Below are positions 58,222 through 58,291 of a stretch of 58,291 bases of DNA, piece by piece. Under the pieces are notes generated by a model. The model made no database searches. It saw only the letters and a program-made list of their open reading frames with translations, and was not told the origin of the DNA. The stretch covers positions 303,838 through 362,128 of the forward strand of contig NW_008246081.1 of the NCBI RefSeq assembly GCF_000281045.1, read 5' to 3'. Numbering within the stretch: the first letter of the stretch is position 1; the number at the start of each line of letters is the position of its first letter. Both the position numbers and the translations under genes were made by a program. The DNA is from Saprolegnia diclina VS20 (Eukaryota).

Positions 58222-58291
58222 ATGGCGAAGCGCGTGGTGACCTTTGTGACTGGCAACAAGAAGAAGCTCGAGGAGGTCGTTGCGATCCTCG
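58222..58291 (+). CDS. ITPA: Inosine triphosphate pyrophosphatase (Ham1), 5' partial
   Basis: MAKRVVTFVTGNKKKLEEVVAIL is the canonical Ham1/ITPA N-terminus. Runs off the window edge. Confidence 0.9.
   Translation, partial: MAKRVVTFVTGNKKKLEEVVAIL

Noticed and set aside
12140..58291. Genome-maintenance cluster (FANCL, DCTPP1, WRNIP1, ITPA, hinderin)
   Set aside because: These genes are spread over 46 kb among unrelated genes, which is compatible with chance in a housekeeping-dense region.

Overview
Gene-dense, GC-rich eukaryotic DNA with many short (~40-55 nt) GT-AG introns and tiny, often bidirectional, CCAAT-box promoters. Gene content and style point to an oomycete, probably Saprolegniales (inference, not a database result). 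About 31 protein-coding genes can be supported. Recognisable ones are mucolipin/TRPML, NCBP3, FANCL, DCTPP1, GCLC, ALDH9/BetB, a CDPK7-like kinase, an LCL3-like nuclease, PGM3, ETFRF1/LYRM5, proline iminopeptidase, LLPH-like, WRNIP1/MGS1 and the start of ITPA. No tRNA, rRNA, CRISPR array or intact mobile element was seen. The most unusual items are: (1) an intronless hAT-transposase-derived gene with tandem BED fingers and a dismantled catalytic triad; (2) a bHLH-PAS transcription factor; (3) an OB-fold/CCCH/methyltransferase-like fusion; (4) an Aurora-like pseudokinase (HRD->HRH) behind a SAP-like/acidic N-terminus; (5) a lipid-anchored tandem PhoD-like pseudo-enzyme; (6) a FAMeT-like domain fused to NCBP3; (7) a calcium kinase head-to-head with an IQ/WW/B-box scaffold; (8) a spliced DMAC1-like micro-gene missing from the ORF track; and (9) a non-coding segment bracketed by twin hairpins. 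Family assignments come from motif recognition by eye, and multi-exon boundaries are manual and approximate.
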